DNA of 62,851 bases, filler included, from Basidiobolus meristosporus CBS 931.73 (Eukaryota; Fungi; Basidiobolomycota), in NCBI GenBank assembly GCA_002104905.1. It is 4 parts of 4 records of this genome, joined end to end, with 100 filler letters (N's around TTAATTAATTAA, not from the genome) between each part and the next. Parts side by side here need not be neighbours in the genome. Positions count along the whole stretch, not along the records: positions 1 to 20,509 come from MCFE01001005.1; positions 20,610 to 35,083 come from MCFE01001174.1; 2 more parts are not named here. One strand, 5' to 3'. The position numbers were made by a program, and so were the translations under genes. This document shows positions 13,057-22,837 of the stretch, piece by piece. The notes below the pieces were generated by a model. That model was not told where the DNA came from, did no database searches, and saw only the letters and a list, made by a program, of their open reading frames with translations. Numbering within the stretch: position 1 is the stretch's first letter; every line of letters begins with the position of its first letter.

Positions 13057-13310
13057 ACCTAAAGGGGTGTGTTGTAGAAGTCTCTAAAGGGGTCTTTAGA
13101 CCTAAAGGGGTGTCTAAAGGGGTGTCTTTAGAGTAAAGGGGCTTCTTGTAGTGGTCTCTAAAGTGGACTTTACACTAAAGGGGTGCCTAAAGGGGCTTCT
13201 TTAGAGTAAAGGGGTTTCTTAAAGGGGTCTCTAAAGGGGTCTTTAGACTAAAGGGGTGTCTAAAGGGGTGTCTTTAGAGTAAAGGGGTTTCTTAGAGGGG
13301 ACTTTTCCGA
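13057..13310 (+). repeat. Irregular tandem array of about 13 TAAAGGGG motifs interleaved with CTTTAG
   Basis: Directly visible, in the 3' UTR of element C. Confidence 0.9.
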
Positions 13311-13986
13311 CAGAAAAGTGGTAGTTTCTTGTAGAACTTAGATTGGATTCTTGTGAGCTTTGCAGTCTCTTTACTGATGTAGTACTGATCAAAGTCAGAA
13401 TACTCAACAGTGCAAGTGATGCAGGGGAAGTCTTATAACCTTTAAGCTTGTAATTGTAGTGTGGAGATTCTGGAAAGAGAGGCTCTCTCTTTATTTTTCA
13501 GCTGGGGAAGTCATATATATGAAAATTTTGAAGGATCAAAGTTTTTGGGCGATTGCGCAAGCAATACACGTGATACGAAGCTAAAATTTTGCAGTGGCGC
13601 AGATCGGACATAGGCGCAGCACCTGTGAAAATTTCACGTGATTTGATTGGTTGGTTCAAAAGTTACACGCGATCAAAGTCACAATAGTAATCCTAGCAAT
13701 AAGGCATAGTATATATAATAGTTGGACTCTTTTGGTCATAACTCCTTAAGTACTGCTTCAAATGAGCTGTAATTTGAAACATGTGTTGGCTACTACGTGT
13801 TCTGTATGACATAATATTCTTAGGTGGATTGCTTGTCAGCGTCTGGAGCATTTGTTCATCAAAGTTGGAAATTCTTGATCTTTCACTTGTGTGTTACGAT
13901 AGCAAAAAGCAAAATAAAGAAATGAGTGCAATATTGGTTTAGAGATATTGTAGTAATGGAATACTTTCCATTACCACAAGTCTCCC

Positions 13987-16900
13987 CTAACTTTGAGAAA
14001 TAATGCCCTCATTATTACTACTGATATGGAACTTCTTCAATCTGTTACCAGGTTGTGTCAGTGCAAGTGGTGTACCGTCAAGTTCTGCTAGTTTGTAAGA
14101 TCCATTTTTGTTTGCATGTATGATCTTGTAGGGACCTTGCCATTGCATATCCAGCTTGGATGCCTTGTTTCTTTGGCTTTTTGTGTTGTGACGTAGTATC
14201 AACTCACCTACTTCTAACAATGTTTTTCTTAGGCATTTTTGAGCATCAAAGTACTCCTTGCCAGCCATTCTGGATTTCTTCAGGTTTTCTATTGCATTCT
14301 GTTGCAGAGTGTGTGCTTGTTGAATCTGTTGTACTCTTGCTAGCAATAGCTCTGATGTTGTCATGGTTGGTTTCCATGGGAGGGTAAGCCAATTCTCAAA
14401 AGATATGTCTATTGGCAAAACAGCTTTATGTCCATATATTAAAAAAAAAGGTGTATACCCTGTACTTCTTTTAACCGTGACTCTATCAGACCAAATTGCT
14501 GCATGAAAGTTATTTGCCCATTTGTTGGGTTCTTCATAGCTAAGCTTTGCTAATGTGTTTGCAAAAGCAGAATGTCCACGTTCAACTGGTGAATTTGCTT
14601 GTGGGTGATATGGCGTAGTATGTATAAGCTTGGTTCCATGCTTTGTTGCTAGTGCTTGTATTTCATAAGATCCACATTCTCCATTGTCTGCAATAAGGGT
14701 GCCAACTGAACCATGTCTGAGATATACATCTTCTTTGAGAAATCTTGCTACTGCTTTTGCATTGGCTTGTTTCAGCATTCTAGCCTCTATCCAACCAGTA
14801 AAGTTATCACAACAGTCCACCACATACTTATACCCAGCTGTTGCCCTTGGTAAATGTATAATATCTACATGTGCAATTTGCCAAGCATAAGATGTGTATA
14901 TACTGTGAAGTGGTTCATGCATCTTTTGGTTGTCTCTTCTTTGACATGGAATACATGATTTCACATATTCTTTTGTGTCGGTGTACAGCGTTGGCCAAAA
15001 ATACCGTAAGGAGATTTTTGCATATGTTGATGTAATTCCCTTATGACCTCCTGATTCAGATTCATGCAATTCTTGAATGATCTTCTCTTGATCATGCTTG
15101 TTATGTATATACCGTCGAGGAACTCCATGTTTGCTTTTTCTGAAAAGTGTGCCGTCATGCAGTAAAAACTTCAGAGCCTTCCTTTTAAAATTTGTGCGTT
15201 GATTTGTGGGAATATCAGCAGGAACTTTGAGTGATGTAAGAAATTCCTTGATTTGTTGATAATTGCTTTGTATCATATGTCTGAATGAGAATCCAAGACT
15301 AGTGTTTTCAAGAAACTCATCAATCTCATCATCATCAGTTGAGTACGGTGAATTTGGTTGCTTTCTAGATAAGGCATCAGGTCCTTTGTGATTGGCTCCT
15401 GGTATGTGTTGCAGCGTAAAGTCAAAGATCTGGATGTATGATATCCACCGTGCTAGAATAGGATCAGGCAAAAGTTCCAACTTATTCAACATTCCTAATA
15501 ATGGCTTGGCATCAACCTCCAGTGTGAAGTGTACTCCTAATAAGTATGGCTTTAGCTTTTTGAGTACATAGAGTACTCCCAGTGCTTCTTTCTTGATAGA
15601 TGGATAGTTAAGCTCATTCCCTTTGAATAGTCTGCTAAGATATTTGTACGGTTGTCGATGATGATCTTTTGAAACTTGAATCATGATTCCACCAACCCCA
15701 ATTCCAGAGCTATCAACTGATACAATGATTGGTTGTGAATCAATAACACTGTAGTCTATAGCTGCTAAGACAGGTGGCTTTGATAATGACTCAAGCAATG
15801 TCGACATAGCATTTGCCTGTTCTTCATGCCATTCAAATTTCTGGTTTTTCTGTAATAACTGAGTCAGTGGCTTAGCAATTTGAGCATAGTTCTTGATCCA
15901 GATTCTGAATAGACCAGTAAGTCCTAATAATTGTCTGACTTGATGAATATTCCTTGGTGGCTTCCAATTCAGTGCCAATGAAAGTTTTGCAGGATCAGGC
16001 AATCTCCCTTTTTTAGTAACAAGTTCACCTAGAATGATTGCTTTGTCGTAGCCAAACTTGCATTTGGCTCCTGATACAGTCAGACCAGAAGCTTGAAGTT
16101 TCTTTATGACCCTCTCAACTGTGCTTATGTGATCATAAACATATCTTCTTACTTGAGGTAAGACATGCGATGTATCTTTTTCTCTGGACTTATTCTTAAC
16201 TGCAATGTCATCCAGAAATGGTCGGCATATTTCAGGGAAACTGTCATCCAAAACTCGGATCATTGCACGTTGATAATTTTGGACAGAGTTTGTCCATCCT
16301 TGAGGAATTCTTGTCATCCTTATGAGTCCTATTGGTGTATCCATAGCGGTGAAATCTCTTGAGGTAGGATCCAGAAGTATTTGGTCATATCCTGAATAAA
16401 GATCCAATGTTGTAATCAGAGGATATCCAGTAAATGACTCAATATACTCATGTTGTATGGGTGGTTGCATAGCATCTTTGATGGTGACCTTATTCAAATG
16501 CTGTACGTCTTGAATAAACCGTAGACTTCCATTTTTCTTCAACGGTGTAAACCAGGGATTGCAATAAGGTCCATAGCTATATTCAATGACTCCACTTTGA
16601 AATCTTGATTGTAGCATTTCAATTACTTTGTTCAGTAATCTTGAGGGAATAGGATATGATCTCAGTGCCCATGGTGTATGTTCAACGGTATGGATCTTAA
16701 CCGGTGGAAATAGCTCTGTGGATAAACATCCTCTTTGTGCATCATTAAATGCAAAGACATTGTCATAGCATTGTAGCATAGTCAAAAAGAGACTTCTCTC
16801 CTCAGTGGAAAGAGTAGTCCCAATAGCCAACTCCTTGAGCTTCTCTTCTGTGAGTCTGATTTTGTCATATTTGTGCAAAGGCTCCATTTGAGGATAGTCG

Positions 16901-18924
16901 TGGGCAGATGGTGAGATTCCAGTAGATACTGGCTTTGCTTTCAATGCAACTGGCTTATACTTGGTATTTGTCTTACTTGTTGTTGATGGAATGAAGTGTT
17001 GATCATAAAACAAAATATCCTTATGAACCTGTATGTTTTGTACTGGAATGGTGTCTGCATTTCTTGGATTATTCTCTTCTGCTGCACAAAAGGTTGCCCT
17101 TCTTTTTTGATCGTCAGATGTGATTGTCAGCCATAAGCTTCCATCAGGTCTATTATCAGCTTGTAGAAGAGATTTTCTCTCATATGGTCGTCCCAACAAT
17201 ACCTCAAAAGTGGGTCCATTGGCAACAATGAAAAAGGGAGAAGTAACCCTGATTCCTCCAATTTCAATTGGTACAGAGTGACAAAGTCCAAGCATCTTCT
17301 CTGTTGCACCTGTAGCAGTTCTCATATTCCAGTCAACTTCTGTCAATGGCAATTTGATTTTTTCAAAAGTCATAGCGGTGATAGCATTGATTTCTGATCC
17401 AGAATCAAAAACACATTCCACTTCAACATTGTTGATTGTAGCAGCATAGCTTCCTGTTGTTATAGAGTAAAAGGCTTTTTCTACTTCAAATCGTAGTTGT
17501 TCACTTGATAACGTTGTTGATGACTGTTCTTGATAATTCTTCAGGATATCTTTATTCATAGGCTTAACCATTTCTGGTAGTAGTTGACTGAGATTGTTGA
17601 TGGCGGTGAACATTTCTTGATTTGTAAGTTGTGGAAATGGAGATTTCCAGAATTTGTCGGTAACTTTCTGTGTAATTGCAGTAGTGTCATACTTAGATTG
17701 AGGTTGCAAGTGTTCTTTTTGGATTTTTGATGTTTCTGGCTGTACTGGTATTTCAACAATTGGCTGATTTCTTTTGTCGGTACACACTTTTTTAGGATTG
17801 TTCTCTGTAGAAACATACTTTCTCTTATCAACAAGGCAATTAAACTCTTCAACTTCCTCTTTTTCCATTAGATATTCTTGGACCTGCCCTGATGGATCTG
17901 ATATTGTAAGTACGTAACGTTCATTGCTTGGAATTTCTGCAGTCTTTTGGACTTGTATGAAATTTGATGTCTTGGTGCTTTTACTTGATTCTTCTTGAGC
18001 AAGTACATAGGACCTCATTCCACCATAACCTCTGTTGATAGGCAAGGGGTTTCCAGCAATATCACAGATCTTCCCATAGCAATCAATCATAACCTTATGA
18101 CTGTCAATATCAATATTCAATATTTGACAACCATAACGGCTATGCTCAGCAGATTCACAGTACACACAATATTTGGTTTGCTGTGGATAATTACTGGTTG
18201 TTTTGGGATTTTCTGGTCTTGCCTTGTTGATGCTTGATGATGGTACACTTTGAGAGTCCAACTTAAGCGTCAGTTTTCCTAATGCATCAATCAATTCATT
18301 AACCTGATCACTTTGTGGGTTATTTGTATGATGAAGAATTTGTTTAGCTGGAGTGGAAATCTTCATTTGAATATTAATGGAATCCATGACTTGTCTCCCT
18401 GATTGATAGTTTAACACCATTTGTTTAACATTGTCGTAGGAGCTTGTAGCCTGAACTTGGTGGCTAATGGCATTACGTATTTCAGGAGGCATATTCATCA
18501 GAAAATAGTTTCTTTGATAATATCTTGGAATTCCAATAGCTGCTTCAACATGCCTTGCTTTTGACTCAAACTTTTGAATGTACTTCTGCAAGGGTTGGGT
18601 CTTGTCGTAAGGCATTTCTAGCTCATTTAGTGTAACAAACTGTGCTTCCTTTTGATACTCAGCTAAAATAGCTTGTTGAGCAGTGTCCCAGTTATAGTTA
18701 GCGCCAACAGATATCTTAAATGGGTCCAAACTTTGTAAGAATCTTGATACTTCAACTTCACAGAGAAAGGGAAATAACTGGATTTTGTTCTTGTGTGATA
18801 GCTCAAATGCTGCAGCTATATTGTTAAACTCCTTTAGAAACTCAGTAACATTCTCTCCTGAGAATTTTACTGGAATGGCACCTTTAAAAGTGGCTATTAA
18901 CTCTGGGAGTGGTGTATTGGTCAT
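13987..18924 (-). CDS. gag-pol: Gag-Pol polyprotein, 1645 aa, no chromodomain
   Basis: CVYCESAEHSRYGC knuckle-like motif; VFDSGSE protease; RT with GWTNS and FLDD; VDSS RNase H; HHCC and VDIIH/IADNG/VERGH integrase. Confidence 0.95.
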   Translation of the reverse strand: MTNTPLPELIATFKGAIPVKFSGENVTEFLKEFNNIAAAFELSHKNKIQLFPFLCEVEVSRFLQSLDPFKISVGANYNWDTAQQAILAEYQKEAQFVTLNELEMPYDKTQPLQKYIQKFESKARHVEAAIGIPRYYQRNYFLMNMPPEIRNAISHQVQATSSYDNVKQMVLNYQSGRQVMDSINIQMKISTPAKQILHHTNNPQSDQVNELIDALGKLTLKLDSQSVPSSSINKARPENPKTTSNYPQQTKYCVYCESAEHSRYGCQILNIDIDSHKVMIDCYGKICDIAGNPLPINRGYGGMRSYVLAQEESSKSTKTSNFIQVQKTAEIPSNERYVLTISDPSGQVQEYLMEKEEVEEFNCLVDKRKYVSTENNPKKVCTDKRNQPIVEIPVQPETSKIQKEHLQPQSKYDTTAITQKVTDKFWKSPFPQLTNQEMFTAINNLSQLLPEMVKPMNKDILKNYQEQSSTTLSSEQLRFEVEKAFYSITTGSYAATINNVEVECVFDSGSEINAITAMTFEKIKLPLTEVDWNMRTATGATEKMLGLCHSVPIEIGGIRVTSPFFIVANGPTFEVLLGRPYERKSLLQADNRPDGSLWLTITSDDQKRRATFCAAEENNPRNADTIPVQNIQVHKDILFYDQHFIPSTTSKTNTKYKPVALKAKPVSTGISPSAHDYPQMEPLHKYDKIRLTEEKLKELAIGTTLSTEERSLFLTMLQCYDNVFAFNDAQRGCLSTELFPPVKIHTVEHTPWALRSYPIPSRLLNKVIEMLQSRFQSGVIEYSYGPYCNPWFTPLKKNGSLRFIQDVQHLNKVTIKDAMQPPIQHEYIESFTGYPLITTLDLYSGYDQILLDPTSRDFTAMDTPIGLIRMTRIPQGWTNSVQNYQRAMIRVLDDSFPEICRPFLDDIAVKNKSREKDTSHVLPQVRRYVYDHISTVERVIKKLQASGLTVSGAKCKFGYDKAIILGELVTKKGRLPDPAKLSLALNWKPPRNIHQVRQLLGLTGLFRIWIKNYAQIAKPLTQLLQKNQKFEWHEEQANAMSTLLESLSKPPVLAAIDYSVIDSQPIIVSVDSSGIGVGGIMIQVSKDHHRQPYKYLSRLFKGNELNYPSIKKEALGVLYVLKKLKPYLLGVHFTLEVDAKPLLGMLNKLELLPDPILARWISYIQIFDFTLQHIPGANHKGPDALSRKQPNSPYSTDDDEIDEFLENTSLGFSFRHMIQSNYQQIKEFLTSLKVPADIPTNQRTNFKRKALKFLLHDGTLFRKSKHGVPRRYIHNKHDQEKIIQELHESESGGHKGITSTYAKISLRYFWPTLYTDTKEYVKSCIPCQRRDNQKMHEPLHSIYTSYAWQIAHVDIIHLPRATAGYKYVVDCCDNFTGWIEARMLKQANAKAVARFLKEDVYLRHGSVGTLIADNGECGSYEIQALATKHGTKLIHTTPYHPQANSPVERGHSAFANTLAKLSYEEPNKWANNFHAAIWSDRVTVKRSTGYTPFFLIYGHKAVLPIDISFENWLTLPWKPTMTTSELLLARVQQIQQAHTLQQNAIENLKKSRMAGKEYFDAQKCLRKTLLEVGELILRHNTKSQRNKASKLDMQWQGPYKIIHANKNGSYKLAELDGTPLALTQPGNRLKKFHISSNNEGIISQS

Positions 18925-18967
18925 TCTTATAACGTTTCTTGATGCTTGTATAGTGAAAGGTTCAAAC

Positions 18968-18985
18968 TACCCAGGTCCTCCACCA
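18968..18985 (-). promoter_or_regulatory. Primer-binding site for tRNA-Ala(AGC)
   Basis: TGGTGGAGGACCTGGGTA is the exact complement of the last 15 nt plus CCA of the tRNA-Ala at 36557-36629. Confidence 0.93.
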
Positions 18986-18991
18986 AATTCT

Positions 18992-19708
18992 TGTTGTGTT
19001 GTATTATGATTAGTTTGGGCTTGTTCTACAATGTAGAGGCTAATCAACAATATACAACAACTTCCAGTATGCAAATACTGAAATAGTTTATTGGGAGTTT
19101 GATATACCGATAGAAGATATAACTTTCACTAATTTCCTCAATCTTGGGCTCAAAATATACTGTAGGCAGTGTTTATCACTTCTACAGCAGTGTTCTGACC
19201 TTCTGTCAATTAATGGGCTTATTTACTTTTATAGTAACTTTTCCTTATTTGGAAGTCACTTTCCTTTCTGAGAAACTATTTCCTAATATGGAAATTCTGA
19301 ACTCCCCTTTACTCTAAAGACACCCCTTTAGACACCCTTTAGGTCTAAAGACCCCTTTAGAGACTTCTACAACACACCCCTTTAGGTTAAAGGGAAGTTC
19401 AGAATTTCCATATTAGGAAATATTTTCTCAGAAAGGAAAGTGACTTCCAAATAAGGAAAAGTTACTATAAAAGTAAATAAGCCCATTAGTCAACAGAAGG
19501 TCAGAACACTGCTGTAGAAGTGATAAACACTGCCTACAGTATATTTTGAGCCCAAGATTGAGGAAATTAGTGAAAGTTATATCTTCTATCGGTATATCAA
19601 ACTCCCAATAAACTATTTCAGTATTAGCATACTGGAAGTTGTTGTATATTGTTGATTAGCCTCTACATTGTAGAACAAGCCCCAAACTAATCATAATACA
19701 ACACAACA
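18992..19708. repeat. 717-bp palindrome: 5' LTR (L2), 78-bp spacer from the 3' UTR, and an inverted LTR (L3)
   Basis: 19389-19708 is the reverse complement of 18992-19310; 19311-19388 is the reverse complement of about 13055-13133. Confidence 0.93.
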
Positions 19709-20509
19709 GTTCCACAACTTTGGTGGGAACCCAACTGCTTTATGCCACTGTCCATTCACTGGTTCCCACACATCTGGGTCTTTAGCCGGCACTGCAAGGT
19801 CTAGCTCCTCATCTGTCAGTCTTTGCAATAAATCCTTTCAATATTCCAGTGCATTTTCTTAAGCACTGCTCTTGAAGAAGTACTGCAACCTCTTGGTGTG
19901 CCTATCAATGTTCCAAAACTCCACTGAAGGCATTGTGATAGTCTTTTGAGCTCTTGACATTGTAGCCTTGTCTGTCAGTGGGATCTCCACTCTGTCAACA
20001 ACAGAGGCTGTGGAGGCTGTGGTAGACAAATTGCCTTTTTCAGCAAGCTCATCTACCTTGATGGAGTGTAGCTCAACTGGCTGCGCTTCAACTCTTGTGA
20101 AAACAGCGGTTTTCTTGTTGGTAATTCTTCTTGGCTGTGATGGGATTCAGTCTGTTCCTGGCTTGTGGTGTTAATTGGCAAGAACTGCAGTTTTTTTGCA
20201 TGCCTCCCTGTCTCAGGCTTGGGTAGACATTTTCCCTTTACCTTTTCCTTCATCACTGCCAGGTCTTTCACTGCTACTTTGTCTGAGTGCTTCTTGTAAA
20301 GAACTACATTTTCTCCTGGATAAATTCTGCTCTGACAAATCTGTTTTGGCCTGCTTGTCCCTTGCTGGCACTCTTCTGGCAGCCTGGCATTTCTTTTCTG
20401 CTTGTTTTGAGCTCTCAACCATAGTTGTGACAGGCTCCTGTAAGTGCGGCTGGCTATTATCACTGCCAGGTCCTTCACTGCTACTTTGACTGGGTGCCTC
20501 TTGAGTGGT
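19709..20509 (-). repeat. Family B decayed K/S/Q-rich ORF repeat, 3' part (cut by the gap)
   Basis: Homologous to 20610-21250 and 57240-57953. Confidence 0.75.
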
Positions 20510-20609
20510 NNNNNNNNNNNNNNNNNNNNNNNNNNNNNNNNNNNNNNNNNNNNTTAATTAATTAANNNNNNNNNNNNNNNNNNNNNNNNNNNNNNNNNNN
20601 NNNNNNNNN
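20510..20609. other. Artificial contig spacer 44N-TTAATTAATTAA-44N
   Basis: Fixed 100-bp format with stops in all six frames; the same spacer occurs three times. Confidence 0.97.
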
Positions 20610-22444
20610 TCAGCTAGCCCTACAAGGTCTAGCTCCTCATCTGCCAGTCTTTGCAATAAGTCCCTGCAATATTCAAGTGTGTTTTCTTGAGCACTGCTCT
20701 TGAAGAAGTGCTGCAACCTCTTGGTTTGCCTATTGATGTTCTAAATTTCCACTGAAGGCATTGTGATAGCCTTTTGAGTTCTTAATGTTGCTACTTTGTA
20801 GTCAGTGGAATATCCACTCTATCAACAATGGCAGATGTGGAGGCTGTGATAGACAAATTGCCTTTCACTGCAAACTCATCTACCTCACTGGAGTGTAGCT
20901 CAGCTGGCTGCACTTCCAAATCTTGCTAAAACAGCTGTTTTCTTGTTGGTAATTCTTCTTGGCTATGATGGGATTCAGTCTGTTCTGGGCTAATAGCATT
21001 ATTAGTGAGAACTGCAGCTTTTTTCTTAAGCTTCCTTACCTCTGGCTATGGTAGACTTTTTCCTCTTTACCTTTTCCTTTGTCACTGCCAGGTCATTTGC
21101 AACTACTCTGTTTGAGTGCTTCTTGTATTGAACTATGTTTTTTCCTTGATAAGTGCTGCTCTGATGCATCTGTTTTGGCCTGATTGTCCCTTGTTGGCAC
21201 CCTGCAGGCAACCTGATGCTTCTTTCCCACTTGTTTCAAGCTCTCAGCCCATGCTATGATGGGCTCCTGAGGTGGCTGCTTGTTTTATTACTGCCAGGTC
21301 CTTCACTGCTACTTTGACTGAGAGCTTCTTGAGTAGAACTACACTTTTTCCTTGGTAAATGTTGTGCTGGTGCATCTACATCTGCCTGCTTTTCCCTTAT
21401 TGGCCCTCTTCCAGCTATCTGATGCCTCTTTGACACTTGTTTGGAGCTTTTGGCCCTGCTTGTAACAGGCTCTTGAGGAAGCTGCTGGCTTTTAGCCATT
21501 GCACCCTTGTTCTTCTGCCTTTGATGGTTTCTACTATTCCTGAGATACTTTCTTAGTATACCAATGCTGGCCCAAAATCTGTTTGCTTGTTTGAATCCAG
21601 AATAATGCCCATGAAGCAAGTCAAGTGCATTCTGCTTGGCCCTGAGTTCCTGATGGTCCCATAGTATGCTGGCCTTAAAGTGTTGGCATACTAGACTTCT
21701 AACAGCTTTTGAATATTAGCCCGCTCTTCATCATTGCACTCAATGGCTTCATGGATCTTGAATATCTTTTGATTTTTAGGCTTTGGTAAACACTACATTT
21801 TCTCACTCCCATGCTGTGATAGGTTTTTCTGTGGCCATTATCTTTGGGCACTGTTGTTGTGCTTCAAAGACTGTATGGTGTTTCTCTGCTATTACATCAG
21901 GAAATGTCTCAATTCTTGGCTGTGACATTGAGCTACTGGAGTTTCTTCTTTGCAGCAAAGATACAGCTTTCTCTACCTGGGATCTTGATTAATCTACACC
22001 TTTTATCCTCACATCCTGTTTCTGGGCTATTTCTTGATATATCTGGGCTATTGCTTCTATCTTATCAGCCACTGCACCTATTTGCCTCATTAATGCTTTG
22101 GTATGAGCTGACAACATACTTGCTAATACAGGTGGTGGTGATGTTATGACAGCCACTTGCTGGCCTTCATCTGAAGGTACTGCTTTTGCTACATTCTCAT
22201 CTGCTTCAGCAATATGGGCAGCTTTTGGCTCTGCAGATATTCCCAATTTCCTGCTTGACAGAGAGCCTGAGGAGTCTGCAATATTCCATTCAGTGGGCCC
22301 ACTGTCCCCAGGGTCTTTTTTGGTTGTAGCCCTGCTTGTTGCACTGAATGTCAAAGCAAGCTGTTGTACAACCATTCTTCTGCTGCTGTCAGTGGTGGGG
22401 TTTGGTTGGGAACCAGACAACTTTGCTTTATTTTTTGGAGGCAT
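20610..22444 (-). pseudogene. Family B decayed ORF starting MPPKNKAK, with internally repeated modules; product unknown
   Basis: ORF 21989-22444 plus downstream fragments (21254-21619, 21026-21211) sharing RKKCSSxQEALxQSSSExPGS modules with the other copies. Confidence 0.55.
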
Positions 22445-22837
22445 GTATATATGGAAGTGATTCAGATCAAAGGGGATATGGTGTTACATATATGTGTGTA
22501 TGCAGAGCCACAACTTCATTTATATTGATTACTATGGCAGGTCATCATTAAATCTTACATTCATGTAGGTGCAATGTCTCAAATACACCACTGTCTTAAA
22601 TTCACATAAGCATTGACAAAACAGTGATATAATAGTGTTACATTGTTGAATGTCAAACTGTATGCCCCATGTACAGACTACTTTGATTCAACACCATAAG
22701 AGAAGAGAAAAAAGACCATGCAACTATTGTAGCAAGCCTCTCAGCCATGAAGCACAGAGACAGTGTAGGAAGTATTTCAAGGACCATGCCTAGTGTTTGG
22801 CTACACAAGTCACATTTGACCATTCAGCAGTCACTAC

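Larger units (their letters stand above)
12739..19303 (-). mobile_element. Full-length Ty3/gypsy element C (LTR ends uncertain by about 8 bp)
   Basis: About 310-bp direct repeats at 12739-13048 and 18992-19303; PBS 18968-18985; PPT-like GGTTAAAGGGG 13049-13059; intact 1645-aa ORF; no TSD found. Confidence 0.9.

Noticed and set aside
13057-13310. TAAAGGGG array as a telomere or CRISPR array
   Set aside because: Irregular, internal to a retroelement UTR, with no constant repeat-spacer period and no cas genes; eukaryotic context.
4720-18237. Short opposite-strand and alternate-frame ORFs inside the gypsy gag-pol genes
   Set aside because: Shadow ORFs of long coding sequence with no independent support.
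12739-19708. Element C as a DIRS or Ngaro element because of its inverted and split repeats
   Set aside because: It encodes a DDE integrase and protease and has a tRNA PBS; no tyrosine recombinase was seen.
18992-19708. Palindrome as a whole-genome-amplification chimera
   Set aside because: The arms differ at several positions, which a fresh fold-back would not. Not fully excluded without reads.
20554-20565. Palindromic TTAATTAATTAA (also at 35128 and 45592) as a biological motif
   Set aside because: It is centred in identical 44N+44N padding and has stops in all six frames: an assembly linker. For the same reason I make no claim that the array is physically flanked by these TEs.
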